Positions 12,222-27,200 of a stretch of 59,153 bases of DNA are shown here, piece after piece (positions within the stretch are counted from its first letter, which is position 1; each line of letters opens with the position of its first letter). This DNA comes from Phoronis australis. Its lineage: Eukaryota; Animalia; Phoronida. Position numbers and translations under genes: made by a program. Location: NCBI GenBank assembly GCA_002633005.1, contig NMRA01000561.1, positions 1 through 59,153 of the forward strand. The letters are read 5' to 3'. The notes beneath the pieces were generated by a model. That model did no database searches, had not been told where the DNA came from, and was given only the letters and a program-made list of their open reading frames with translations.

Positions 12222-15200
12222 GAACAAGCATAGTTATCATGTTTCTTCAGAGGCCTCGTTCATATCCGAGGGGAAAGGTGCCTGAAGTGTGTGCGGCCTT
12301 CTGAGAGGGGAACGTTTCGCCGAGTGACGGGTCAGTGAAAACTCTACTGACATCCCGATCATCATCAATAGCACCCCGCCCTTTTGCAAACTCTCATAGC
12401 TCTGTCTCAAGTAGCATTTTCAGTGGCTGATCTAGGATACCACTAGGCCTAGTGACTGGGGGGGACATCCTCGGAGAAGCGGGCAAATTAAGCGTGATTG
12501 TATGCACGCAGGCGGCGCGGAAGTTGCGGGCGCCGAGGATGTATGCCTTCTGCTCAGGAAATCTGTCGTTGGACCAAAAAAAAAAATAAATAAAACGGAA
12601 CGTACGTGTTTTCCCCCTCGTCCGCTACCGGTCCTAGCTCGAACTCTGTACAAGTTNGCGGGCCCCTGCCTCCCCTAAATCCTCCTATGATTTTGTACTT
12701 TTTCAAATTGTCACCTTTGCGGTCACAGGTGATTGGAACCGTTGGCGAGAAATTTCAATCACAAAGGGGATTTTTAGGCCTCGTGGCCGGGAATTTCGCG
12801 TGATTTTTCAATATTTTTGAGAGGGGAATAGGGCCGATATTTGGCCCCAAAATTGAGGGATTGAGGGCCCTGTCCTTTTTGTAAAGAAAAATGCATCGAG
12901 CTTTAAGCCATAGTCATGAAAACACAGCCTGGCTGGCCGAAGATTCTCCGTTCCTCGTTGCTATGGCGGCATCCAGTCCGATATGCGACAAATTATGATT
13001 CGAAAACAGTTATAAATTTTACACGGACATATTTTCCTTTGTCGCGGCGTATGGCATGGACCCAACGCTTCCGAATCCCAACTTCCATAGGGATTGTAAA
13101 ACAGAGTGTCGGTATTTTTTCTAGCTGCCGTATTCGAGCAACGCGGAGTACAACTACGCGGATAAGCCACCAGAGCTATCGTAGCGAGCCTCGTTTTGGA
13201 ACGCGCCTCCTGTCGGCGTGAATACGGTCTATAGTGTCGTGTTCTCTGAGAACGGCGACGTTTTGACGATCTGTCTACGCACTGATTTTTGTGCGACTTC
13301 CGCAGTTGACATTTTGGCTGTTGTGTACGCACCCTGATTTTTCATAACGTCTTTTTGTAGAATGATACTTTACCTGTCATGAGCCTTGTGGGAACATGAT
13401 TCACGGTTTGTGTCACTTCAGACATTGTTAATAAAACTGGTATTGCGCACTGTATTGTATAATAAAAATTGTATGTTTGTGCAATTTGATATTGTAAATT
13501 TGTAATGAGGTTTATACTGTCTTGAATTGATGTCAGTAGTGCATCAAAATAAACAATGATATTCGTCGACATGCTCTTATTTGTGCATACGTTCACTCGT
13601 GCATCAGTAGGTATCATCTTTTATAGTTATTTTAAAATATTAAAATATGTTAATACGTGTTAATGCCATTGCATTAGAGTACAATATGGCTAACAAAAGA
13701 AAATTTACTTCTGGTAATCATTTGTCAAACTGGCAAACAAAAATTAAAAAAGAATTCAGTTTTATGTAAAGCTCACTGCGTGGGTAGACTATAAATTTCA
13801 ACTTGCGTCAAATTTCACCTTCCACCATATTGTTTTTTTAATTAAATATTTATTCTTCAAACATTTTATAGAACTTCCTTCACATTCAAGGATCAAAATG
13901 TATCCTACATCTTTAAACTTCTGAGCAGTAGGTTATAGACAATTCTTATTTAAAACATTATAAATACGTTTACACCCACGTTGCTCATCAAGTGAAAATA
14001 TGGTATACTTGGTCCGGCGTTTTTTAATTTGCACTTTGGATCAAATTTTTTAAGAAAGGCCTTTACTGAACTGACCAAAGAAAGGTATCTCAAGAAACCA
14101 CCTTTCTACATTTCTTCTGCAAAAGTAATCGTGTCAAAGGAAAGCCCTGCATGTTACTATCCAAAATAAATTCAAGTAAAATATATTTTTCTTTAAAAAG
14201 GATTCACGAATAGGTTGCTCGCCTACAAATGGCGAATTTTTTTATTTTTCTGTATCTCAGTGAATTGTATCAATTGCCATTTTTGAAAGGAAAGCACCTG
14301 CAAAACAACAAAATGACTTCATAAATATTAGAAAAAAATCGTTTTTGCTAAGTTAATTTCTATCTCTTCTCCATCCCCGCACTCGAGACTCCTCTGATCT
14401 GAAACTCTAACCTCTGAATACGTCATATCTAAGTAGCGCTAGTGGTGTGTAAAATAGAAACTATGAAACATCACTTTCGGTGGCAATTCTCTTGGTCAAG
14501 CGTTACCGTTTTGCGTGCGGGACAAGAACTGCCCTGTGCAACAGATTCACACAGTTCTGTTATTTGTGTTTGTTGAAAAGCAGTTGTTTTGGTGTGAAAC
14601 TGTGTCTTTTTAAGCAAACATCAGACCACTTGTGGTATGATGGGAAACACGTGCATAACTACCACCAGTGAAATGGGACCGCAGAGAACGGCTGATTACA
14701 GTGTCGAGTAGGAAAACCTGTCTATACACACCCAGGTTGGGAGTATACGACAAATGGGAGTGATTACTCATGGCCTCGACAGCACCAGCAGTTACATGTA
14801 TCTTCTATAACTGGGCGACGGCATGGGGATTAAAGAAGCGACGACACCACTGGGGGCCGGGAAGACCTGCTGTGCTGGTGGAACGTCTCCGTAAAAAGAT
14901 TGTGGTTTACTCCAAATTTCCTTTGAATAGATAGCTTTTCACGCTTCAGTAAAAACCAACAAATAAGTTCATTTATGGGCTTAGAAAATTGAACAACTAA
15001 ACGTGGTTAATTGTCAAAACTCAAAACTGGCGCGGATGCAGCACTGGTTGGGGGTTTGGCCTAACTGTTCAAAAAAGTTATGCAAGAAGAACCTAACCAC
15101 GTCCCTATCCACACCGATTCTTGTACATCAGTTAGGCACGATTCCTAAATGTGAACAATGATATTGAGAACGTGTTGCTGCTACCTGAGCGTAACCGTTG

Positions 15201-17624
15201 TTATTTTGATTGGTTGTTCATAATAAAAATTTTGGTTCTTGTTATACAAATTTGTTTTTCTATTATGGTTGCACGTGTTGCGTTTTCAATTGACAAACAA
15301 CTACATCAATTCAAATCATTGCACTTCTCCCTACATTACAATAATGTTCACCTGTGCTTGATTTGTGCTGCACCAGCCTACAAAACAACGAAGTCTCCGA
15401 TAGTTGCCATGAATCACTTCACTTTGTTCATTGGCCTCAATTATTAGACAAAACGCATGAACGTGAAAAAGTTAAGAATCACTATTCACCGTTGTATATT
15501 AAACCCGCAGCTGGCCGAAAAGTGGCGATGATCAACGAGGAGGAGTGTTTGAGATTACTGTTTATTAACCAAATATCTTCTATGGGAAACCATTATCGTG
15601 TCAAGAGCACGACGCCTGAACTTTTTTATTTCTTGGTCTCACCAATTTTAGCTATCCTAGGCCAACGCCTCAACAAAGTGTTTGTCTCGCGCGAAGCCGT
15701 GTTCTCCGTAGTCTAATAAAATTCTTCCTTATACTTCAATCTAGTTAACAATTAAACTGTAGTAAAGGTTTTCCGACACAAGCAAAATATTTCTTACCCA
15801 TATAGCTTTCGTCCACCACGGGTGGCGGACTTCGTCAAAATGACACGGTCTTCCTACGCAGATGGCACATGCGCAGTCAGCTTCCGATCGTAGATATGTG
15901 GTACCCTCTGACACAGCGCCACCTATACTGCAAAGTGGCCCTGTGGAAACATGATGAACGACACACGGAATTCCGTGCGTGGGCTTCAATGCGCATGCCT
16001 TGGTTTTACTTCCGATGTAAACAAAATGGTTTAGTGTGTGCGTGAAAAGGTACCGGGTATATTACAGGTGCATCTTTGTCTTAAAAGAAGGTTGTTGAAA
16101 GAACTTCTAGTATTTTGAAGGATGAAGAACTCAAAAATGCCATTACAGAACAACTTATGAAGGAAAATGATACCATAGCCGAATCCATAACTGGCTCAAA
16201 GCATGGATATATTTCTCATTTGCAGGTAAAGAACAAAAACTCTTATGACACGTTATCTCAGTTTGACTGGACCATCATTGTCAATGAGATGAAACTTAAA
16301 TTTCCTGTGTTATTCTCCCTTATTGTTGGGGTTATGTTAACTCCTGACAATTGGTCAAGCGGAAAGAAGGTAGATGGCATAATACCAAGAATTGGTGTTA
16401 TATATGCCCTGTGCATGCAATCCAGAAGCCAACCTCTTTATCTGGTGCAGCGAGTTATATCATCTGTCCTGTCAAGTAGCTTAGTGGAGGTTAAGGTATG
16501 TCACGTTCATCTTGGCTTAAAACAACTTTACTTTAAAGTCAGTGTCAATTGTTGCATTTTAGTACAATTTACAATACATGCCCATAGCCAGAATAAGAAA
16601 ATGTAGAAAATTTCAAACGACAAATACTAATTGATGCAAATATGAATAGTTTCCTTCAACAACTTGTATTTCAGATAAACATAGCATCTCTTTTGATAAA
16701 GTTCTCTCTATAGTCTATGTTTATTAGACAGTGAACCAATGCATCAGTAAGTAATACATGAATACAATGCTACCTTGAAGGAGAGACATTTAAAGTTATT
16801 TGTTATTGTCACTGCTAATTAAGGTGTAACCAGCCAAAATTCTACTACAGTCAAACCTTGTTAGAATGAACGTTTGCTCACTCATAACATTCTTTTCCGT
16901 AAGTCCTAAGACAGCTATACCACTTGGAAATTACTTTGGTTAAGTTGAACTTCAGATGCAACGGGTTTTTTGAAAAGTCTTGAGAGGTTTTGTTATAACA
17001 TGATTCGACTGTGTATAAGTGCTTCACGGTGTATTGTGGACCTTTCTCTATATTTAAGGGAATGTACAAGCCAGGTGGTAAGAGTGTGCCTTCTACGGCT
17101 TAGTTTTCTGTTTCCAGTGTCAAGAGCGATGCTAATAACCCTCCTGGCATATCCTGTAATGACTGTGGCCTTTCAAACTTTAGTTTATAGATGCTTCTTC
17201 TGGCTTTCTACTTTGAGAGATGCTTAATGTTCTCTAGCTATTTATCCATCACTGGTGTGTGACTGCGCAAGCATTCTGGGGACTAATTATTGGTGAATGT
17301 GCATGCACAAAAACTTTGAAAACCTGTAAGAAATAAAAAATATTCAATGCATGGGAAAAATTCTCCAGTGTGGGACAATGAATTTTAAATTATTTTTGCT
17401 CAGTGTCAGAAGTTGTGCCGTACAAAATTTTGAAAGTAGGCAATAAAGGGACATACCATGATGTTGTTGAGCAGCAGATTCTACTTTCACTCTATGTTGA
17501 CACAAAATGTATTCCGACATTTAATATTAATATGATGGATGGCATCAAAATAAATCATTGTCTCTAACCATGAAAATTCAACTTTGGTTGGTCGTATTTT
17601 AGTGGCTGGCCCAAACTGGAGAAT

Positions 17625-17636
17625 GTATATATACAT

Positions 17637-17695
<59 letters not shown>
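17625..17695. repeat. (TA)n/(TACA)n microsatellite
   Basis: Direct reading of the sequence. Confidence 0.95.
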
Positions 17696-17699
<4 letters not shown>

Positions 17700-19929
17700 A
17701 AATATAGAATAAAAGTGGGATGACCCTCAAGAAGAGGTCTCATTGCCGTACTCTCAATGCTTGTGATCATTTTTAAGTGCCCGTGCCTGCACACACTCTG
17801 GGATTGGAAATCAGCTTTTCCTTTAACATTGTTGTACTTTTGTTTTTTTAACAGTTTTAAATATCAAAATAACTTTTGCGGAAACTGCTGGTGTATATTG
17901 TAGTGTACTTAAGTATGCCTGTTTTGATCATACTGCATTAGGATAAGATTCTGGTTCCATGATGAGATGCTGATCAAATAATTGCTGTTGACATGCTTAA
18001 AAAATAACATCTAGCTCTGACGATTATGCACATTTTTGGAAATTGTCATTTTGTCATGATTATTGCCTGTTATAATTAAATCTGCAGCTTTTGTTTACAG
18101 GGGGTACATTATGTAGTCATAAAGAAATTGTTATTATTTAAAAAATGAAACTGTTAATATTTAATCCTGATTGAAGTACATGCAAATTTTCCAGGTTTTT
18201 GACCGTCTGTCTGCTATTGATATTTGCCTTACTCACCGAGCCTCTGACCAACTGCTGGACACAATCCGAGGCAACTTTGATGCGAAAATTGTTGCAGCTA
18301 TAAAACAGAGCAAGACAATACGATTTGTTGGTGATAATCTCAACTTATTCCATAGTGCGAGCTATGAGCGCAAAGACAGACACCCAAAGATGTTAATTTT
18401 TTTCGGATCTGCCATCCTGATATATGGTAAGATGAGACACTTTGACTCGCGTCCGAACATTGATCCACAGCGAAATTACAAGGCATTGAAGCCTATTGAC
18501 CTGTTACCATCAACTGATGATGTAGAAGAACTTGCCCACTACTACGCAGTTATGTGCATGGAGGTTGCAAAGGATCACATTGCCTACTTTAAATTTTTAG
18601 ATGGACAAATTCCCAAATTTTTAGATAACGATACAGCTGCTTTAATGGAGAAAACTACTGTCATACCATTAACTGTCTTGCCAAAGAATGAACAAAGTTA
18701 TGCCGATGTTGTTTACATATTGGAATCGTATGAGAAAATATTACATGACGTATTTGTGAAGGCAGGTTGTGATTTCCATGCAAAAGTTCGTATTCACATT
18801 GGAGGAGACCAGCTCAGTCGAGAGCGATTCTCAGGAGCAAAACGCCTTCTCATTGGAGCACGGACTCCAGAAGGACGATTTGACCATCTCACTCCCATTT
18901 CTTCAGAATACTTTCACATGACTATGAAACTTCTGTCTGTAGCATACAAACATCTCTATAATGTTGACAGTGGCCAGGAAATTGGCACAATGAAAGCTGA
19001 GCAAGTCCGTATAGTCCGACGTGGTGTTAAGGTGCCAGTTAAAGATGCGTACCATGCGGAAAAGGATTTTTCATGTCTTTTGTTGATGCCTGCATTGTGG
19101 AAATGATTTGCAACCGTTTTGAGATGACAGATTCTTTGTCTACTCCACTGACCAAAAAAGTGCCTGCAGATCCAGCTGTGCGGTATGAATGGACATTGTC
19201 ACAGTTTCGTCAAATAATCAATGTAAATGTTGGACCATTCACATACAAGTCAGGTTTGTGAATTCTTTGCTGCTCGACCAAAGTGCAAAACCATTTTTTT
19301 TCTTTGAATTAGGTGTTCATTAATTTGAATTCTGTTTTCAATTATGGAGATTTGACAGTTTTGTCATTGAATGCGTAAGTTTTCATGTTGTATTTTGGTC
19401 TTTGCCAACTACAAATCTCAAAAAGTGGGTTCACCCAGGGAATACTTGCGTCTGATTTGGGTGTAGTGCTTTTTTGGTGCACGAATCTTTTGTTTGTATA
19501 CTTAGTTAATCATAAAGTGTTTTTAGTTAATGTTGTTATTCAGTGACTATACTTTGGGCTGTAATTGCGTCAAACCCCAAAAGTGAAAAACACTCCTAGG
19601 TTGCACTATTATGTTTTTCCATTATGTTGTATCCATCTCGGTTCAGTGGAAATTAACCTATTTACTTGTCAGTAACAATTCATTTGTTGTAATTCTAGCC
19701 AGCTGCAGTGCTGAAGCAGTAAATTGTCATGGTGGACTCAATCCAGAAAGTCAAGCACTGAACTTGAAAGATTGAGAAGGTAGACTTAGAGATTTGATGT
19801 ATCTTTCTTGTCCGTGTTACTCTCCAGAGTGTTTAAATTGTGAAATATAGAAATCGGGGGTTGGGTGTTAAGCCGAGCATGGGCGTGGTGGTTAAAACAA
19901 GTTTTGACAAGTCCGGGGTGGGAGCTTAA

Positions 19930-22900
19930 AGGAGCATGCCACCCAAAAAAAACAACCTAATTTGTATCAATTTAGATCGAGTAGTTCTACTCCATAACGA
20001 CACGTACGGTTGCGTTACCTGACACCTGAAGGCAGACGGAGGAGTTGAAATTATCCATTGACGTCATCGGTTTCACACGCAGTCTGTTCAGCAGTTCACA
20101 ACACGGGTTACTGGTGTCAGCTTATCGCTTGAAGTGATCGTTTAACACCAATAAATCATCAAAATTCGATGTAAAACCCTTAAAAATAGACCGAGTTCTT
20201 ATGAAAACGTGTTGTTTTATTTCGCTCTTACGGATTTATTGGTATTTGGACACACCGTAGCCTACAAAGTTCGACAGGCCAATAAGGTCCGTAGCAGGAG
20301 TTTGGGGTCTGTTCGGAGATAATTTCGAAGTATTTTCCATGAGATGCAGACAGGAGAACCTAAATCTGTGTTGTTTAGACTTGTGATTTTTTGATTTCTA
20401 AATACAAAACGCTTGTTATCCAGGCCAGTGGCTCGGAGCTCGATCAGGCCCGTCGCGGCCGGCCGGATTGACACGTTATCCCGGCCAGTGGCTCGGAAAC
20501 TGATCAAACATCACGAACATAAACCAGCCAAAGTTAAGAGGAAACTAAACTTCCAGTCAAGAAAATACTATACGAGTGAGCCAAAGTAATGTGCACCTGA
20601 TTATGTTGGTGAATTAGCCACGAAACTGCAAATCTACATACTCGTCGGGGGCCGCAGCACCGTCAGGGCATAAGTTGTACATTGACAATCATTATAAATG
20701 TTTATTGAGACATATACACATGGCCATAGGCCCCAAGTATATCATGTACAAGACAGAACATTGTTAGGTGGCACGTTTCAAACCGGATAATACATTATGA
20801 CGCTTGAGATGGACAAATTTAATAAGTTGACTATCTGGAGTTCTCATGAGAGAATCAAATTTAGATGTCGTGGGAGAATGACAAAAACGATCACTTAAGT
20901 ACTTAACCCGAAGGTCTTGGTACGCACTACAAACCAACACAACGTGGTATTCGTCCTCTACACACCCAGAATTACATAACTCACACAACCTGTTTTCATA
21001 GGGAATATTTGTGTGGCGACCTCTTTCCAATAGTAACGAATGATTTGATCGTCGCAATCGAGTCAGAGACTGGATAAAAACACGTGGGATACCAACCATT
21101 TCTAGATAATTCTCAAGATGATACATTGTTTTGTACCCCACATAGTAAGGCAGTTTTGCGTTACATTCGATATCAGATTGCCAACCTTGCAAATAACAGT
21201 CGTTGACCTGTTGAGAAAAAACAGTCAAGAAATACGCTTGATTTACCACACCCTGATTAATCCATACTTCTGAAAAACCATACACAGACAGAAGTTTCCT
21301 TACAAAACTTGCCCAATTATAGGAGGATCTTCCGATCAGGTCTGACTGAAAAAGCATATCATATGCAGCTTTTACCCCACGATTACTAGGCATCTCCAGT
21401 ATTTTGAACCAGTATTTTATACAAGAAACAAAATATTTAGCAGACAATGGGAATCGACCACATTCTTCCATAATTGCCGAGTTTGAACAACAACTGCCTA
21501 CTCCTAAAATGCGTTTACAAAACTTGATATGTACATTTTCCAATTGTTCATATTCCTTAAAGCCCCATATCTCAGCGCCGTAACACAGAAGGGGTAAACT
21601 ATTTTATCGAACAAGTGAAAGGCTATTGACGGGGGCAGATCACGACATCTTCGCTTTAATTTACAAATTGCAGAGGCAGCTTTATTTGCTCAATGAGCTA
21701 TACCAGGAGATAGCTCATTGATTTGCTTGACTAGATAAGGCTTTAATGGCTTTGGTCCGCGAAACTTTTGGAGTAATAAGTAGTCCAAGGTATTTGTAAT
21801 GAGGCACCACATCAACCAATGTTCCATTGTAAAACCATTTCTCATATCGTCTTAGGAGACCGCCATTTCTGAAAACGACCACTTTAGTTTTTTTCAAGTT
21901 TACTTGCATGCCCCATGATTTGCAAAATTCTGCCAAACAGTTAAGCATACGTTGTAAGTTGATGGCGGTAGAGGAACATAACACCATATCGTCTGCGTAC
22001 AGTAGAGAGTTAACTCTTGGCACTTGTTCGCTGAGATATGTGCTATTAATATTACTTTTCATACTCATTTTATCCAGAAATTCATTTAGATACAACACAA
22101 ATAATAATGGGCTTATCATGATTTGATTGTACTGTTGGTACTCGCCAGGGTTGCATGACAATCATTATTTGAGTAATGTAAAAGGAAATAAAGATTCCCC
22201 TATCACCTGGCCGTGGGATTGAAATCGAGTTGTTTCACAACAGTTTCTGCCAGCAAAAACTAAATTAGCCATGAGCTCACACGGCCTCTGTGTCCCGTCA
22301 ATTAGTTTTATTGCACCTAAAGCAGGTAACGCAGTGATTTATTCATTTCTGGCTTCTCAAATCATTTACGCTCACTCACGAACACTCCAAAGACATAACA
22401 AATTGCATCTAATGAGACAGACTTTGTTTCAGTTTTATATAAGTATTGGTTAGGGTGAGAATAATTCATTTTGAAACGGAACGCTCAGTAATAAACGTCA
22501 ACATGGCAACTCGCAATTCCGACTTAGGACGAGCTAGAGTTCATCAGTCCCGACTTCGCAGGTGGATCATTAAGTTTTACAGGCTATCAATTCGACCAGG
22601 AATACCATGATGAGGAAATACTAGAGAGGCGCCGTGAACAAGCTCATACAACGGAACGTATGGAGTTCTTTGATAAGTCGGCATTCGTCAGGCACTGTCG
22701 ACGTCTGCAGGCCTCAGACTCGGAGATGTTTCACAGCCTCATACTTGCTATTTACAGCGTACATTTCATTCTTCACTACCATGAGCCACTTCCTAAGCAT
22801 TTCGGACTTTCGAGGAAGTAAAAAAAACGATATACCCGCTTTCCTCGCAGCTGCTTAGTTCGGTCAAGCGGGAACGATGCACCGCAACATAGCGGCATTC

Positions 22901-23063
22901 ACTCTGCATATGAACCACTGACGTCGCTAGCGTCGTTTCTCACCTTCCTCACAGGTTAACGCGACACCTCTTGGCAAGGTAAGGTAGACCGTATGCGAGG
23001 CGATGTGGATATGGATCGATTAAGACGGCAAAAAAGACTAATTAAATCGGGTGCCATTATCCT
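19930..23063. mobile_element. Kolobok-like element with TTAA TSDs, inserted in the Academ transposase region
   Basis: TTAA(19926-29)-AGGAGCATGCCACCC ... GGGTGCCATTATCCT-TTAA(23064-67): 12 of 15 positions match as inverted termini, with purine-purine start and TTAA flanks. Confidence 0.7.
20695..22120 (-). mobile_element. 5'-truncated non-LTR retrotransposon (LINE): RT C-terminal half plus CCHC-type C-terminal domain
   Basis: 'SPLLFVLYLNE', 'LLYADDMVL', 'GMQVNLKKTKVVVF', 'YKYLGL' (21715-22161), then 'ERGRH...RLCELC...EDEYHVVLVC' (20764-21543). Minus-strand AATAAA at ~20700-20705. Frameshifts and stops lie between the segments. The clade is uncertain (RTEX/Proto2-like by appearance). Confidence 0.9.
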
Positions 23064-23102
23064 TTAACCTGAATGGTCAACGTAGTGAACATCATGGGAG
23101 CT

Positions 23103-23140
23103 ATATATATATACATATACATACATATATACATACATAT

Positions 23141-23203
<63 letters not shown>

Positions 23204-23204
23204 T
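23103..23204. repeat. (TA)n/(TACA)n microsatellite
   Basis: Direct reading of the sequence. Confidence 0.95.
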
Positions 23205-24229
23205 AATTATTACCTACATTGGACCTCATACACGAAAATGAACTTAAAGATTTTTACTGCTGTGCCGTGGACTAAACCTCCAACTTGACAAAGTTGGATG
23301 AACTGGACAAATAAACGAGGCCAATCAAAATCACACACTTTCTTACGTACAGAGCAAAGAAGAGTTTTACCGTAGTTTAGTTCGAGACGGGCTTATTGAA
23401 TCGTTATGTACATGAGATGGAAGTATAATTCTAGCACTGCATAGCATTACAATAATTTTGTCACAGAGAATTCCTTTTTATTAATAATCCAATTGGGTTG
23501 TAGTGATATACCGACTACAGTGATATTATTACCTCCATCTTGTGTTTCATAAAGTAAAAGTTGAGACACTGTAACATTATACAAGGCATTTTTGGCCAAC
23601 TTTATACATGTTTGCTTGTATTTGTGTATCGCTACATATTCTTTTGCAGGAAAAATGAAGTTTGTCAAAGTTACTATGCCTGACAGTACTATCATGGAGA
23701 TACAGTTAAAGAGTCCTGAGTTGCCTTCAAGTTCCTTCAATCAAACGTATGATGAGCAATAAGAGTGAGCAGACCATAATGCGCAAAACAGGTGTGTTAG
23801 CATCACTCAACGATGTGGCTGAAAACTATGATAATGTCACTGATGTTTATGTTAATACAAAGAAGCATTCCAAAGCAGGCTTGTATCATGATGAAGTAAT
23901 CATTCAGGGGTATTCAACCTCTGACATTTAGAGGTGGACGACACCATGTTTCATTCAAGAATGCAAAATGCTCACTTCTTGAAATGTTGAGAATAGATAA
24001 TTTTTTGTGGTGGATGAGTCGTCGAATAATTGATCATAGTGAAAGCTTAGGAAACTGAAGAGTCAACAAAATGACAACTTGTCTTTACACTGAACTCTAT
24101 AGTCTCAAAACAAATATTGTGGTGAATCTGTGAACTCGACTTAAGTTCCAGTTAATGCTAAAAATTTCTTAAGCTGGGACAACGGTTAACATATCCCATT
24201 TTTGTACCTTTCAAAGGCTATACTTTACA

Positions 24230-27200
24230 ATGTTCCGAATGCTCCTTTATTGGAATGCACCAATGATTTGTTTAATCTAACAAGTAGCTGTGGTCTATGT
24301 GCCTGCACATCAGTTGAAGTGTCTCAATTGATCTTAGATCTTTGTAGGAATTGGCAATACTTTCTGCAAGCTCTTCAGTGAGTCCAGACACCAGAGAAGG
24401 GTGTAGGAAAGTGTTCTGTCCAGTGAGTTGATTCACAGCCTTGAAATACTGTGTCAAAGCACGGTTTACATAGATGATGTTGGGTTTTTCCACAGGCGCA
24501 CTTTGTAAAGTGCTCATAGCACTGTCTAGCGTTTTAGTCAACGAGCAGTCATCACATTTACACTTTGTCTCACAGTTGTCACAGCAAGTGTGATGACGCT
24601 GGCCCACACTTATCTCAGTCATTGTTTGGCGCCCTAAGTCGGACTTGTTGTAGTACAAAATGGCTTCCGCAGGCTCTCCATCACGTCCGGCGCACCCTTC
24701 CTGTTGGACATATGCTGTTAAAGGAAAAGAACTGTAGTAGTTTTTAAAGGTTGAAACAAAGTGATCATTTGATTCTCAAAAAGAATTTGCAGGTATTTGA
24801 GTTTTGGATACACGAGAGTAATGTACCAGGATGTTTTATTTATTTTGCACTGGAAAACACGTTGGTGTATGGCTACTGGTTGTTTCAGCATGCTGCTTTA
24901 AAAATTGATACTGGTAGAGAATTATGAGCAACATTACAAATATTAATGTATCACTATGCTAATTTGGTGCCAGGCATTTAACAATAAAGTGTTTCTGTTA
25001 AGAATTGTTTCTGCTCAGGCAAGTTGAATTTTAAAATTTTGCAGGTCTGATGCTCTATGTTTCTTATCCTTGTCATCCCTGATTTTTGTGGATTTTGGAC
25101 GAAAATCTTTGTGAAAAAGTGGTGATTCACTAATCCAATTAATGAAAAGTATACTGACTTTCAAGAGTGCATGGACTGCCTGCATGTACAGCTCTTCTCA
25201 CATCTGCAATGTTAACTCTCATAGCAAAGGCCTCAGTAGCAAAAAGGAGTCTCAAGTCTGTGTCACATGCCAGGTGTTTTTAATTTTTTTCTTTCATCTA
25301 AAATGATATAAATCAAGTCTTAAATGTGCTCAAAAACACAGAATGTTGATATTTAAAAAGTGACCAATGGATTCTCTGACCGTTTTCTTGAGCAATAAGC
25401 AAATAGAGAACAAAATGTATCAAGTTAAACACTGTTGCATTTGGCCATGAAAATCCATTTTAACATCTGCCAAGCCTATAAGATTATTACAGACATAATC
25501 AAAAACATTTAAAAAAGGAACTGTCAATATTTCTATTGTAAGGTGACTTGATTCAAACATTCGATATACTCCGCATCAACTAGATACGACAAATAAATTG
25601 GTCTGTATAATAAGCCAGAACGCAAATGTCTTAGCCGGCTGACCCAGTGAATCAAATTAGCCATTATTCCAGGTATACTCTCAGGGGTACTCCCATAGAA
25701 GAATTCGTAGCATGCACCTGAAAAAGGTAACTTTTTGCCAGCAAAAACTCCAAAAGAGTGCCATTTTTGATAAGAAACTCCAAAAGAGTGCCATTTTTGA
25801 TAAGAAACTCCAAAAGGGTGCCTTTTTAGCTGCTCTAACAAAACTTCTGAAAACAAAGTATACTAGGTATCCTAATTTTTTAGTGGCACCCCTGAGGTAT
25901 ACTGCATTCAAAAAGTAAATTACCTCTGGCTTCAATGGAGCATGGAATTGTGCAACGTCTGTCACACCAACACTTGAAATGTTGCCATCAGCCAATAGCG
26001 TGACACCTAGTTCATTGCCAAAGCCACACCAGATTAACGCAGCATACATCTTTTTCTCATCTTTCAGTTGATGAAGTAGTGGCGCAAATACACTGGTGTA
26101 TGATGCTTCCACTGTGCTTGAAGTAGTAACAGATAAAGCAAAATGTTATTTTCACTCACATTTTTCAATAGACTTAAAACCAAGCAAGTTTCTTACCAAA
26201 TCTACAAAGTGTCAAAGATTAAATCACACAACTGAAGTTAAAATTTGCTGGATGTTTTTGTCACAGATTATGGTAAGCGCTCTACCATTTTGCACAATGT
26301 ACTTTTTAGCACATCCTATGTAAACAAGAATGATATATTTTACCTTCTTGTTAATTTTAACAAGGTCCAACAATTTTTACTTTCAGCTCATTTGCACACC
26401 ATCGGCAAATGCATGTTGAATAACTCAATGATTTTGCATAACAATTTATAGTGACATTTACAGTTATTGAAGTTGCATGGAATCAGATGGTTCTGGACAT
26501 AACACTATCCAATTTTAATTCCAGAACTCAGTTAATGAGCCTCTACTGAAAAGCTTCTCTTTGGGGAGTTTTACAGATTTGCACATGAGTCACTCCCATT
26601 GATATTACTTTCCTCTTTACTTTGAACACCGGCCTTAAAATTATTTCTGAACATTCTGCTTGTTTTATACATTCCTGATTCCTGAAAGAAATGATTAGTT
26701 TATTCGACGCGAAATTGTGGAGTAGTCGTCGTGGTTCCACTTCATCTATTAAGCCGCAACATATGATAAAAAGACGGTAAAAGAACTATGCAAGTGCAAG
26801 TGAACACATCAATACTTGTATTTAGGGTTATTAGGAAAGAGTAAATACAGAAGAGCTTCTTAGATGGCATGGCAAGATTATTCACTATAGAAAGGAAAAA
26901 ACAAAATGCAGTTGCTGGGAAATATGTCAAGTCAGCTTACATTTGTATGCTGGCCTAGTCTTCACAAAATATTTTATGTTGGGCCTGTCAGTTGAAGACA
27001 TAATAACTGCTGGGTCTTTCAATTGGAGATGATAAGAAATGTCTTTCACCGTTCTTGCAGTCGCTGTGGCAGTTAAGACACAAAAGCTGCCTGTGTGAAC
27101 ATGGCCTGCAGCTTCCTCAGTTCCTGAAATTTGGGGCCGAATTTGTCGCCCCAACTCACGATGCAATGAGCTTCGTCAACAACTACAAATCTTACGCGTT

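Larger units (their letters stand above)
16115..23960 (+). pseudogene. Academ-family transposase, spliced and disrupted
   Basis: The exon ending 16495 (AAG|GTATGT) joins in phase 0 to 18195 (TTCCAG|GTT), giving 'VEVK|VFDRLSAIDICLT'. Motifs include 'FVGDNLN', 'LPKNEQSYADVVYILE', 'IGGDQLSRER' and 'EYFHMTM'. There is a frameshift at ~19070. A C-terminal remnant 'SNKSEQTIMRKTGVLASLNDVAENYD...KHS' lies at ~23750-23930, and the middle part appears deleted. Confidence 0.8.

Noticed and set aside
12916-13332. GC-richer overlapping ORFs, or a possible left terminus of the AcademH element
   Set aside because: No recognisable domain, and no matching inverted terminus was found near 29.1-29.5 kb.
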